From: Candidatus Poribacteria bacterium
GTDB taxonomy: Bacteria > Poribacteria > WGA-4E > WGA-3G
Direction of reading: 5' to 3'
DNA: 64,000 bases
Assembly: GCA_965204285.1 (NCBI GenBank)
Contig: OZ241980.1
Coordinates: 261,811-325,810 of the forward strand
Shown here: piece after piece, positions 50,214 to 60,045 of the stretch
How positions within the stretch are numbered: position 1 is the first letter of the stretch
How the letters are laid out: every line of letters begins with the position of its first letter
The notes under the pieces: model-generated
The model's database searches: none
Seen by the model: only the letters and a program-made list of their open reading frames with translations
Told to the model about the DNA's origin: nothing
Program-made: the position numbers and the translations under genes

Positions 50214-51341
50214 CTAATCTCTAAAGAGATTCAGGTATTTATGTAATACAAAAAGCCGGTTCCGAGAAAATCCCGTAATTTCTTTTAATATGCCTAGATC
50301 CTCCAATGACTTTAGGAGCAGATTAGCACTTGAAAAAACCACTTCTAATTCCTCAGCAACCCAGTTTGTGTTAACGATTGGACGTGCAAACATGGTTCTA
50401 AGCAATTTATGGGCGTTTTTCGCTCTAGAACCGAGTGTTAGGATCTGTTCTTCATATTCTTGACGGAGTGAAATGATTTCTCGGAATATCTCAATTCCAT
50501 GCCGGGCAGTGTCAGCAATACCGTTTAAGAAAAAAGCGATCCACTGCTCTAAGTCATTTGATGTCCGTACCATAGAGAGTGAGTCATAATAGGAAGTCCT
50601 ATGTTTTTCAAAAAAAGTAGACATATAGAGTACCGGCTTTTGCAATATCTTTGCATCAAGAAGTTGCAAAACAATTAACAATCTACCACATCTTCCGTTA
50701 CCATCAAGGAAAGGATGGATGGTTTCAAACTGATAGTGCGTAACAGCGATTTTGATAAGATGTGGTAGATGTAGTGATTGGTTGTGCCAGAATTTTTCCA
50801 AATCGCTTAAAAGATCGGGAACTTCCTCCGCTGAGGGCGGAACAAAAAATGCATCAGAAGGCGATGAACCTCCGATCCAGTTTTGACTCCTATGAATTTC
50901 ACCAGGTGCTCTTTGTCTTCCACGAACACCAGAGAGTAAGATCTTATGTGCGTCCTTTAGTAACCGGATACAAAGTGGAAGCTCAGGCAGCTTGGCTATC
51001 GCGAAGTTCATTGCTTTGATATAGTTCTGGACTTCGTCCCAATCATCACGTTTTTCTGGCTCAATTTCCTCCTGAGGCAGCAAAATATCATCAAGTTCAG
51101 TTTTTGTGCCTTCAATAAGATTAGAGTCTCGCGCTTCTTTCACAACTTTCATTTGGATAAAAAAATCTACATCGGGTATGAGTTCTGCATAAGCGTTTAA
51201 TTCACCTAAAAGTCGTCCTGCCTGCTCTAATAGAACATCTATCTGCGGATCATCCCAGACAAAACAGTCATTTATAAAGGAGGGCGTAAAACTCTTATGA
51301 TCTTGTTGCTGTTTATATTCACCTGCTACGAATTTTTTCAT
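50214..51341 (-). CDS. Fic-family AMPylase, class II with an intramolecular inhibitory helix
   Basis: Fic motif [12 protein letters not shown]. The upstream inhibitory motif S-x-x-x-E-G appears as SNLIEG. Confidence 0.7.
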   Translation of the reverse strand: MKKFVAGEYKQQQDHKSFTPSFINDCFVWDDPQIDVLLEQAGRLLGELNAYAELIPDVDFFIQMKVVKEARDSNLIEGTKTELDDILLPQEEIEPEKRDDWDEVQNYIKAMNFAIAKLPELPLCIRLLKDAHKILLSGVRGRQRAPGEIHRSQNWIGGSSPSDAFFVPPSAEEVPDLLSDLEKFWHNQSLHLPHLIKIAVTHYQFETIHPFLDGNGRCGRLLIVLQLLDAKILQKPVLYMSTFFEKHRTSYYDSLSMVRTSNDLEQWIAFFLNGIADTARHGIEIFREIISLRQEYEEQILTLGSRAKNAHKLLRTMFARPIVNTNWVAEELEVVFSSANLLLKSLEDLGILKEITGFSRNRLFVLHKYLNLFRD

Positions 51342-51448
51342 ATTACGATTTTCCCAATTTTTCGCAATATAGAAATCTATATTTTTATTTTTTGAAAATT
51401 TTCATAATATGGAATTCCATATTAGCAAAATGATAATATAACATGGTT

Positions 51449-52432
51449 TTATCTCTGTGAAAGCGTATTGCGGACTTCGTTCACAACAGCATCAGAAACA
51501 ATGCCTTCACCTTGACCTTCAAAATTGAGGAGAATGCGATGACGGAGTGCAGGCAGAAGCACGGCATCAATATCCTCGTAGGCAACATTATAGCGTCCAT
51601 CAAGGAGTGCCTTGATTTTTGCAGTGAGTGCTACTGCTTGAATGCTACGGATGCCAGCTCCGAGATGAACATAACGTTTGACAACTTCTGGTGCGTCTTC
51701 AGAATCAGGGTGTGTAGCACGCACAAGTCGGATAATGTGTCGCTCAACATGCTCTGCGATAATCACCTGTGGCACAAGTTGCCGCATCTGATTCAGTGTT
51801 CCAGCATCTGTAACTTTATCTATTGTGATGTCCGCGCCAGATGTTGTGCGCCGCATAATTTGAACTATTTCATCCTCATTGGGAAATTCAATGAGTAATT
51901 TGAATAGAAATCTATCCAATTGTGCCTCTGGAAGCGGATAGGTCCCCTCCATTTCAAGTGGGTTTTGTGTGGCGAGGACGCAAAAAGGCTCTTCTAATTT
52001 GTGGCTTGTTCGTCCGACAGTGACAGTGCGGTCTTGCATTGCTTCAAGGAGTGCGGATTGGGTGCGAGGTGTAGCACGGTTAATCTCGTCGGCAAGGATA
52101 AGTTGTGCGAAAATAGGTCCCGGCTGAAATTCAAACTGTTTTCTACCGTGTTCATCCTCAACAAGGAACGTTGTGCCTGTGATGTCAGACGGCATCATAT
52201 CTGGTGTAAAATGGATCGGTTTGAAAGTGAGGTTGAGTGCCTCGCTGAGCGTCCGAATAAGTTGGGTTTTGCCTAACCCAGGTATACCCTCAAGCAGCGC
52301 GTGCCCATTGGCAAGTAAGCAGAGAAGGACACCTTCAACTATCGCGTCTTGACCAACAATCCGCTTTTGGACTTCGGTCTTGACACGATAGAAGGTATCA
52401 CGAAATTCTTGGATTTGGATCTCTAAATTCAT
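51449..52432 (-). CDS. MoxR-family AAA+ ATPase
   Basis: VGQDAIVEGVLLCLLANGHALLEGIPGLGKT Walker A with the MoxR signature. About 327 aa. Confidence 0.75.
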   Translation of the reverse strand: MNLEIQIQEFRDTFYRVKTEVQKRIVGQDAIVEGVLLCLLANGHALLEGIPGLGKTQLIRTLSEALNLTFKPIHFTPDMMPSDITGTTFLVEDEHGRKQFEFQPGPIFAQLILADEINRATPRTQSALLEAMQDRTVTVGRTSHKLEEPFCVLATQNPLEMEGTYPLPEAQLDRFLFKLLIEFPNEDEIVQIMRRTTSGADITIDKVTDAGTLNQMRQLVPQVIIAEHVERHIIRLVRATHPDSEDAPEVVKRYVHLGAGIRSIQAVALTAKIKALLDGRYNVAYEDIDAVLLPALRHRILLNFEGQGEGIVSDAVVNEVRNTLSQR

Positions 52433-52491
52433 ATTTATTGGCGCGCTAAGTAAGCGCGCCTAACAGTTTATACAGATTCAGTTTTCAAATA

Positions 52492-53541
52492 TTACCAGTC
52501 GCGTCTGCCAATATAGAGGCTACGATTTTCCATTGGCAGTGAAACACGTTGACCATCCAACCGATGTGATTCTATCATCCCCATCAATGTCTCTTGACTG
52601 CGCCGTGCAAGATGAACAGGTCCTTTCGTCTCACGGTCCTCGTCAAGTGCCTCAGCAACGTCTGTGATGCCCATCACGGTACCAGTTGCACGAGACACCT
52701 CTGGAAACGGCACATCTTCGTAGAAAGTTCCCTGTTTCTTCCGGAATTGGATTTCTCTACTGTTGTTTTGGATACGGATTTTGCCGCCAGTACCGCAGAC
52801 CTCATATTCAGGTCCTGTTCCTGCAGTATTATACCCGTGGACTCCATTGGAAAACCGGATATAGCCGCTGGTAACTGCCGGGTCAACGTTCAAACGATTA
52901 CCATCCCAATCGGAATCCTTGCATGAAACGGTGCCTTGCACAAAGTCAACTTCTGGGTCTTTGGCAAGGAAAAGGAGCATGTCGGCAGCGTGCGTTAACC
53001 CCCAAAGAGCAGAACTCGCCCCGTATTGCGCGATGGTGCATTGGATGTCTCCAATTTCGCCTGCTTCAACGAGTTCGCGCACTTTTCGGTAGATTGGCAT
53101 AAAGCGGCGTTGCGTACCGTAATTGAATTTGACACCGTGCTTTTCTACAATATCTACCATAACGTCTGCTTCTTCCATTGAACAGCAGAGCGGTTTTTCA
53201 CAGTAGATACCTTTGACGTTGTTTTCAGCAGCGAAAACAGTAATTTCCGCGTGTGGTCCGGGACGCGTGGCAATACAGACAATGTCAGGTTTCTCCTTCT
53301 CAATCATCTCTTGGTAGTCTGTATAAGCACGTTCTGCCCCGTAACGTTCACGGATGGCTTCTGCTTTGTCAGCAAAAACATCTGAGACAGCGACGAGATC
53401 AGTCCTTTCACAAGCCACAGCAGCTGCAGCGTGTGAAAAGGGTTGCCAGATGAAACTATCGGCACGACCTGCGACTTCGTCGTCAATGGTTGCTCCCATC
53501 CGTCCGCATCCGATAAGACAAGTTTTATATGTTTGTGGCAT
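52492..53541 (-). CDS. Gfo/Idh/MocA family oxidoreductase
   Basis: CLIGCGRMG N-terminus. Confidence 0.7.
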   Translation of the reverse strand: MPQTYKTCLIGCGRMGATIDDEVAGRADSFIWQPFSHAAAAVACERTDLVAVSDVFADKAEAIRERYGAERAYTDYQEMIEKEKPDIVCIATRPGPHAEITVFAAENNVKGIYCEKPLCCSMEEADVMVDIVEKHGVKFNYGTQRRFMPIYRKVRELVEAGEIGDIQCTIAQYGASSALWGLTHAADMLLFLAKDPEVDFVQGTVSCKDSDWDGNRLNVDPAVTSGYIRFSNGVHGYNTAGTGPEYEVCGTGGKIRIQNNSREIQFRKKQGTFYEDVPFPEVSRATGTVMGITDVAEALDEDRETKGPVHLARRSQETLMGMIESHRLDGQRVSLPMENRSLYIGRRDW

Positions 53542-53695
53542 GTTTTCCTCCTATAACGTAACGCTCTATCGGGAATCTGACCGTTTCCAATCTCACATGA
53601 TATAAAATTCGATGTGAACGTTCTAACAAAAAAGTAAATTGTGGTTGAAACCGCTCCCACAAGAGCAAGATTTGTAATACTTTCCTTGCCAAGAA

Positions 53696-55177
53696 TCACT
53701 TTCCAGAATAAAGTTTTCCGAAATAAGGGCGGAACCCTTCAGGTCCAGGATACCCATCCCAATAATTGGGATTTTCAGGGAACGCACTCTCACCACCACT
53801 TCGGAGCCATGCGATAAGTGCTGGATCTGTGCCACGGCTGTCAATTTCGTCAACAGCGGCAGCATGTAGTTTTGCAACAACATCCTGATGCTGATCCTGA
53901 ACATACTCTAAGTCTCCGAGTTTGACAAGTTTTGAATTTTCAGGTTTTGCTGCAACCTCTAAACTCCAGTCTTGGTCGAAAGCGGTAAAGAGAACGAATT
54001 TTTCCTTATTTGATGCTTGTTTCCATCTCTCAACGCTTCCTCCTGATAGTGCCAGTTCTCTTTCCCCTGATTTTCCTTCGCGAGCAGGTGTTACAAAATC
54101 GTGGCCTACAATCCCTTTGGGATAATCCTCACCGAGAAGACTTAAAATAGTTGGAAAGAAATCCTGCGGCTGAACGATAACGTTACTACGTCCTGAATCT
54201 CCTTCTGGTAAACGAACAAAGAGTGGGACGTGTCCCTCCTGTTCCCGCACAGGTTGCCCTTTTCCAAACGAACCGCGTTCACCCACGTTTGTACCGTGGT
54301 CACCTGTTAAAATAACAGCGGTATTCTTGTCAAGCCCCGTAGATTCAAGCGCGTCCAAGAACTGTCCAAAACAATGGTCCATCCAGGTCAACTTTGCGGA
54401 ATATTGGTCTTTGATGTGTTTTCTTGCCTCATCAGACAAGCTTGGTTTGTTCCTGGCGCCAAGACTGCGAGGATCAATGTTTCCGTCATAGCCGAGACGT
54501 TTGTCATATTTCTTCATGAATTCAGGTGGTGCATCCCATGGTTCATGCGGATCAAAACAATCTACCCAGAGGAAGAAATTCTCTCGCTTAGCATTGTCTT
54601 TAAGGAATTGCGCAGCTGTGTTAAATAGTTTGGCACAGTTCCAATCTTCAAGCTTTTTGCGATTTCGATTTGCACGCGCATAACTCCGAAGCATATTTGA
54701 CTGAAACGCATTATCGTCAAGGGAATCAAAAAGTGGTTCTTTAACCCAATTGTCAGGCCACGGAACCTTATCCATAATCCAATCTCGGTCTACTTCTGCC
54801 CCACGAACAAATGTCCATGCGTGAAAGGGCCAATCAAAGTTATGCCCACCATTGACAAGATGTGGTGTGTCGTGAATAAGTTGTGTCGCATAACCACGTT
54901 GTGCAAGTGTCCACGGAAGCGTTTGGCGTTCATGTCTGAGTGGTTTCCATGGATGGAAAGGTGCGCCGTATTGGCTCGTAATGACATCAGTACGGTAGGG
55001 AATAGTCGGGAAACTGGAACAAAAAGCGCGATCATAAGCCCAGGCTTTAGAGGCAAAACGATCAATGTTCGGGGTTTCTATCCAATCATTGCCGTTTGCC
55101 CCGATGTGGTCATAACGCAATGTATCAATAACAATATAAGCGACGTTCATATAAATTCTCCGTTTGTTACGGCACAA
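53696..55177 (-). CDS. alkaline-phosphatase-superfamily hydrolase (sulfatase / NPP-like)
   Basis: N-terminal VIDTLRYDH metal-binding block with the sulfatase-family fold. A canonical CxPxR formylglycine motif is not evident. Confidence 0.55.
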   Translation of the reverse strand: MCRNKRRIYMNVAYIVIDTLRYDHIGANGNDWIETPNIDRFASKAWAYDRAFCSSFPTIPYRTDVITSQYGAPFHPWKPLRHERQTLPWTLAQRGYATQLIHDTPHLVNGGHNFDWPFHAWTFVRGAEVDRDWIMDKVPWPDNWVKEPLFDSLDDNAFQSNMLRSYARANRNRKKLEDWNCAKLFNTAAQFLKDNAKRENFFLWVDCFDPHEPWDAPPEFMKKYDKRLGYDGNIDPRSLGARNKPSLSDEARKHIKDQYSAKLTWMDHCFGQFLDALESTGLDKNTAVILTGDHGTNVGERGSFGKGQPVREQEGHVPLFVRLPEGDSGRSNVIVQPQDFFPTILSLLGEDYPKGIVGHDFVTPAREGKSGERELALSGGSVERWKQASNKEKFVLFTAFDQDWSLEVAAKPENSKLVKLGDLEYVQDQHQDVVAKLHAAAVDEIDSRGTDPALIAWLRSGGESAFPENPNYWDGYPGPEGFRPYFGKLYSGK

Positions 55178-55201
55178 AGATTGTGCCTACTATTTTAACC
55201 C

Positions 55202-55344
55202 AAGTTGCCACCTTTGTAACATAATCTGTTAGATTGTGCCTATAAGTGCGCAAACTGACAGTTTACGCTACAAAGTTTCGCAAATAATGCTCTTTTTTGA
55301 TTAAAACGGTGTTTACATGTCTGAAATCTTATAGGTGGCAACTT
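55202..55344. mobile_element. MITE-like element family 2, copy 2 (TIR aagttgccacct / aggtggcaactt)
   Basis: It has the same TIRs, size (143 bp) and left flank ttttaaccc as 4677-4820. Internal hairpin gcgcaaactgacagtttacgc. Confidence 0.6.
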
Positions 55345-55352
55345 ATGTTATT

Positions 55353-56099
55353 TTACCACTTTGGAATTGCCCCGAGCAGCAATTTTTGCTTGGGTGTGCC
55401 TTCTTCGCGTAGTTTTGTTACGCGCGGTCCGTTAAACGGTTCACGGGATTTCATCCAAGCATTTTGATAACACATCAAACAAACGCGTCGGCTTTGCGAA
55501 GAGGTGTTAGCAGCACCACGATGCCATGTCCACCCATCAAACATGACTGCTTGTCCTGGGGAAACTAACACACGCTTTTCATCAGGAAGTTGAACAGGGC
55601 TTGGCGGCGGACGGAACGGTGCTCTGTGACTGCCGGGTTGCACGACTGTTGGTCCTTTTTCATCAGTTACTTCGTCAAGATAGTAGCCGCAGTTTATCTG
55701 GGCAGGTAAACTTCCATAGGGGGTGCCAAAAGGGTCAACCGGCCATGGACCATCGCGATGCCAGTTTTGGTCAGGTGTTCCCGGTTCGACAATACGGGCA
55801 GTTGCACTGTGCAGCTGCACACACGTCCCCAAAATTGCTTCCATTCGTTTCATCACGGGCGGATTGTCAAGTAAGAATGCAAATCTATCATCCTCTTCAA
55901 GCAATTCACCGATGAATTGGCTCTTATTGTGCCGTTCATAACTTTCATCAAGCGCATCTCGCAACGACTCAATCTGTTCAGGTGTGGCGGCATCATCAAC
56001 AATAAGGTAACCCCACTTTAGAAAAAAATTGACCTCTTGTTGCAATTGGTGGTCAAGTTCAACGTTCAGCGTTGGCGGCACTACAGGTACTTCAGCCAT
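55353..56099 (-). CDS. PhyH-family dioxygenase
   Basis: WHRD ... GSHR ... WHRG pattern. Confidence 0.55.
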   Translation of the reverse strand: MAEVPVVPPTLNVELDHQLQQEVNFFLKWGYLIVDDAATPEQIESLRDALDESYERHNKSQFIGELLEEDDRFAFLLDNPPVMKRMEAILGTCVQLHSATARIVEPGTPDQNWHRDGPWPVDPFGTPYGSLPAQINCGYYLDEVTDEKGPTVVQPGSHRAPFRPPPSPVQLPDEKRVLVSPGQAVMFDGWTWHRGAANTSSQSRRVCLMCYQNAWMKSREPFNGPRVTKLREEGTPKQKLLLGAIPKW

Positions 56100-56102
56100 C
56101 GT

Positions 56103-56927
56103 TTATTCCTCCTTTATAGCGGCGCGGTCTGCGGCTGCCCATGCTTCCCACCGTTCCTCGTCAGATTGGAGAAAACCAGAATTGCATCGCGGTTGTAGCT
56201 GCTCATCAACACCGAGGAGGCGCATCAGTTGATGGTTGTTTGCCTCTTTTGCGTCTGCAAGCAGTTTTTGTGTATGCGGTCCGGTATGGTGATCCGTGTG
56301 TTTGAGCCATGTCAAATTGTAATAGATGCTGAAAAAGTAGCGAAGTTGCCCAGAGGTGTTTGGTGTGCCAGAATGGATGAGACCGTTATGTGTGATTACA
56401 ACATCGCCTGCTTTCATGTGGATGATCGTTTCTTCGGGATGTGGTATGCCGCGGCCTGCATCTTCAATAGTAATTGATTTCCTATGTGAACCGACAATGA
56501 CGCGTAACGGACCAAACTCGTCCGTGAGGTCTTGCAGGTATGAGATGGCATTGATAGCGTTGGGACGATGATACGCATCGGTGAAAGGCACATGTGCCCA
56601 CCGATCTCGGTGCCACCCTGAAACTCTTCCATCAGCTTTTTCAGGTTCAATTGAGGGAAATGCAGCAAGCGTTAGGTTGTCTAACTGCACAAAGGGTCCC
56701 ATCACCTTTTCTATAAATTCAAGTATCGTAGGGTGTGAGACAGCGGGCCACATCAGTTCGGGTACTAATTCAAGTGTGTTACCGAACCATGTTTGCCCAT
56801 TGTGTGCTGTAGAAAGTTCTTGGTGCTTCTCTTTCCAAAGATCCATTTGTGTTTCGTCAAAAACTTTTTCAAAGATAGTGAAACCATCAGTTTTATATGC
56901 TTCAAGTCGTTGGTCTAATGTTGCCAT
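56103..56927 (-). CDS. PhyH-family dioxygenase (adjacent paralog)
   Basis: GWHRDRW ... GSHR ... HSGTPN. Confidence 0.55.
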   Translation of the reverse strand: MATLDQRLEAYKTDGFTIFEKVFDETQMDLWKEKHQELSTAHNGQTWFGNTLELVPELMWPAVSHPTILEFIEKVMGPFVQLDNLTLAAFPSIEPEKADGRVSGWHRDRWAHVPFTDAYHRPNAINAISYLQDLTDEFGPLRVIVGSHRKSITIEDAGRGIPHPEETIIHMKAGDVVITHNGLIHSGTPNTSGQLRYFFSIYYNLTWLKHTDHHTGPHTQKLLADAKEANNHQLMRLLGVDEQLQPRCNSGFLQSDEERWEAWAAADRAAIKEE

Positions 56928-57014
56928 CGTTGTTTCCTAAAGAAATGGCGAGGCACCAAATTAACGCTGTGAATGCCTTTTGGCATTCAGCGGAGACCTC
57001 ACCCTACAAATGAG

Positions 57015-57962
57015 TTATGAGATAGTCTGTAAAATATCTTCTGCAAGTTGCATAGTTTTCACTGCCTCGTCCAAATTAGCTGCAGGGAGTGAAACGGGAG
57101 TATCAGATTTAACACAATCCAGAAAATACCTGTTCTGTTCAACGCTGCCGCTACTTCCTGACTCAGTGAGTTTGTGTTGTGTACCATCACAGAAGATTGT
57201 TCCATGCGAAACTCCCTCAAGATATGCTGAGATGTTTCTACCGTGAATCTCGTATCGTTCAAGACGTGCATCAGTCGTATAATTTGCAATGAGTTGTGCA
57301 ACACAACCGTTCTCAAAGAGAATCAAGGCAGCGTGAACATCCTTGTAATCTGAAATTGTGCGTTGAACAACACCATGCACTTCCTGAACATCCGATTCGG
57401 CAATTGCACGGAGTGTATCCAGGGCATGGATAGGTGTTTCCAGAAACATATTATCCATCAGATGTTCCGGGAATCTGGACGATTGTGCTAAACGTGTGAT
57501 ACTCTTATGAAATTCACCGACCAATTGAGTGACATCTCCACGTGCTTTAACGCGTTGGGTTGCCTCCACAATAATCGGATGAAAACGACGATTCCAACCT
57601 ACCATCCCTTTCGCACCGGTTTTCTTAGCAGTATCCCGCAAATTGATTGTTTCTGCAACGCTCATCCCAGGCGGTTTTTCAAGCAGTGTGTTGACTCCAC
57701 GTGCTAAACATGGCGCTGCAGCTTCACCGTTTAGGTGCGCTGGCGTTGCAACAATAACCGCATCCAGTGTTTCATTGTACAGTAACGCTTCAATCGTGTC
57801 ATAACGTTTTGAGACTTTAAAAGTGTCACCTGCATTGTTCCGTGCATTTTCTACAGGATCACAGACTGCAACGAGATCGGTATCTTCAAATTCAGAGAGG
57901 ATATTCATGTGACCGCGTCCGCGTCCACCACATCCAATAACTGCAACTTGTAGGTTTGCCAT
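57015..57962 (-). CDS. Gfo/Idh/MocA family oxidoreductase
   Basis: VAVIGCGGRGRGH N-terminus. Confidence 0.7.
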   Translation of the reverse strand: MANLQVAVIGCGGRGRGHMNILSEFEDTDLVAVCDPVENARNNAGDTFKVSKRYDTIEALLYNETLDAVIVATPAHLNGEAAAPCLARGVNTLLEKPPGMSVAETINLRDTAKKTGAKGMVGWNRRFHPIIVEATQRVKARGDVTQLVGEFHKSITRLAQSSRFPEHLMDNMFLETPIHALDTLRAIAESDVQEVHGVVQRTISDYKDVHAALILFENGCVAQLIANYTTDARLERYEIHGRNISAYLEGVSHGTIFCDGTQHKLTESGSSGSVEQNRYFLDCVKSDTPVSLPAANLDEAVKTMQLAEDILQTIS

Positions 57963-57973
57963 AATATTCTCCG

Positions 57974-58777
57974 CTAATGCCTTATGTGTGGTGCTTCCAT
58001 CACTTCACGTTGTTCAGGAGACATGTCCTCAATATACTCTGGATATTCAATGTGATGTGCCCCCGCACTATATGCCTGAAAACCTGGACTAAATTTATAA
58101 AGTAGGGCACGCCGTTGGTGTGATGCTTTCCACGGAAGCGTACCATGCGTTAAAGTCTCAGTGAAGATAACAGCATCGCCTGCCTTGGCGTTGACTTCAT
58201 GCACTAAGTGCTGATATTTTTCGTATCGTTTCATATTACTCGGACATGGTAGGTTCGCTTTGTGACTGCCGGGAATAATCGCGAGACCACCGTCACCAGG
58301 TCCTTCGTCTGCAAGCATATATTCCACAACAGTGAGCCCTGTGTAAATGCGTCCATATTTGAAGAAATAAGCCTCAGAGAAATTAGGGCGTTCAATTCCA
58401 CCACCATGTAAGGTGCCGCCTTCCGTGCCATCTTCCATAGCGATTAAGCCTGGCCCGTGGTCAAGTCGGTATTTCTTGCCTAAAACTTCTTCCAAGTGTG
58501 GTTTAACGTTTGGATGTACCAGTAACTCACGGAACGGTTCACACCACGGTTTTTCCCATGCCAACATGCCACCCATATCCATGCGGTGAGCGGTTCCAGA
58601 AAGAGCTTCTGAACCGCCTGCTAATGAGTTCTCGCGTTCTCTGAGAGATTCTATGTGATGGTCAATTGCTGCATTGCACTGTTCAACCTCTTCGGAGGAA
58701 AGCGCATTTTCAACAATGATATATCCCGTCAAATCAAATAGGTATTTTTGTTCTTCATTCATAAGTGATTTCTCCAA
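57974..58777 (-). CDS. PhyH-family dioxygenase
   Basis: LHGGG ... PGSHK ... THGT pattern. Confidence 0.5.
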   Translation of the reverse strand: MEKSLMNEEQKYLFDLTGYIIVENALSSEEVEQCNAAIDHHIESLRERENSLAGGSEALSGTAHRMDMGGMLAWEKPWCEPFRELLVHPNVKPHLEEVLGKKYRLDHGPGLIAMEDGTEGGTLHGGGIERPNFSEAYFFKYGRIYTGLTVVEYMLADEGPGDGGLAIIPGSHKANLPCPSNMKRYEKYQHLVHEVNAKAGDAVIFTETLTHGTLPWKASHQRRALLYKFSPGFQAYSAGAHHIEYPEYIEDMSPEQREVMEAPHIRH

Positions 58778-58836
58778 GGTTGATGACGGATGAAGATTAG
58801 TGTTCTATATACACTAAAATTGCGAGTCTTGTCAGG

Positions 58837-58901
58837 AGTCGGGAATCAGAGTTCCCTCCTACAAAGAGAGGTATTCTGTAGGAGCGATCTCCGAATCGCG
58901 A
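58837..58901. repeat. REP-like element family 1 (arm order Y-X)
   Basis: gtcgggaatcagagttccctcctacaaag - 9 nt - ctgtaggagcgatctccgaatcgcgac. Confidence 0.8.
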
Positions 58902-59023
58902 CCTTTACCCGCAAAATATCGGTGGACACTCCATTAGGTTTCACATCAAGCAAGAATTGCGCGATTACTGAAGTGCTATTTCAAAATCAAAGACATTTCT
59001 AAAATCTTGTCGCAAACCTGAAT

Positions 59024-59755
59024 TTAATTATTTCTCTCCGCGCGAAGACGTTCAATTTCCGCTAAAGCATTAGCAAGTTCTGTCTCAGCATTTTTTCGTG
59101 CATTAGCTTCTTGTTGTGCTCGTGTTTCAGCGTCTTCTGCTCGTATTTCAGCGTTTTCTGCTCGTTCCGGTGGGGTTTGCAACCATTGCAGTGTGTTTGG
59201 GTTATAAAGTCGTAACTCACCATCACGTTCTCCTAACTCTAAACCCAACGTTTCTGAAAGGAGACGCTCATTAACAAATTCTATCTCTTGATATTCACCA
59301 TCAATGAGTCGAAATCCGATAAAACTTGGCACGATTTCACCCAGTGGGTCGTAGATATAGTATTCCTTTACACCAAGCACAGACGCGTACAGGTCTTTCT
59401 TCTCTCTCATATCCTTTGTATAGCTACTTGGACTCGCCACTTCCAGCACAAAATCAGGGGTGCGCCCCTCTTCCCATGTCAGATAAGTGTTCCGACGTTT
59501 TTTCGCAACACCAAAAACCACAAACACATCAGGTGAGACAGATTTCCTTGGGTTTCCTTTTTCATAATACATGAACAGGTTTCCAGATACATAAACATCA
59601 TCATTTCGGTAATAATGTTTTAGCATTAGAATGAAATCAATCATCAAGTCTCTATGAACATCTGTTTCTGCCATAGGCATACCGTCCGATTCCGGATAGA
59701 CTATTGTCGGCGCAGACTGTATTTTTTTCTGCATCGTTTCATCTCCCAGCATCAA
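59024..59755 (-). CDS. Uma2-family putative endonuclease with a C-terminal coiled-coil repeat tail
   Basis: Uma2 core (YPESDGMPMAETDVH ... PDVFVV ... PDFVLEVASPSS ... D...K...Y). The tail reads ERAENAEIRAEDAETRAQQEANARKNAETELANALAEIERLRAE. Confidence 0.6.
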   Translation of the reverse strand: MMLGDETMQKKIQSAPTIVYPESDGMPMAETDVHRDLMIDFILMLKHYYRNDDVYVSGNLFMYYEKGNPRKSVSPDVFVVFGVAKKRRNTYLTWEEGRTPDFVLEVASPSSYTKDMREKKDLYASVLGVKEYYIYDPLGEIVPSFIGFRLIDGEYQEIEFVNERLLSETLGLELGERDGELRLYNPNTLQWLQTPPERAENAEIRAEDAETRAQQEANARKNAETELANALAEIERLRAERNN

Positions 59756-60045
59756 GCTATAAAGATTCAGTCTATTGTTTTAAGTATATTATAATGTTAT
59801 GTTGATGTCAAGGAATTTGTGGGAGCGACAGAGTTATTCAGTTTTCGACTTTTTGTATTTAGACAAGTTCTATCCTACAAGGAGTTATACCACTCAACAT
59901 CCACTCTTATCAGGCAGCTTAATCTCCTTAACAAATTCAAAACGCTTGTTTTTAATTGTGTATCTGTGTATAATGCACATAATAGAAATGTAAAGCTTTA
60001 TCAACGTTCCGTTGCACAATTCACAATCCGAAACACCTTTAATCA

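Noticed and set aside
53304-53904. ORFs overlapping the Gfo/Idh/MocA and sulfatase-like gene junction
   Set aside because: They are shadow ORFs nested in or overlapping confidently assigned genes.
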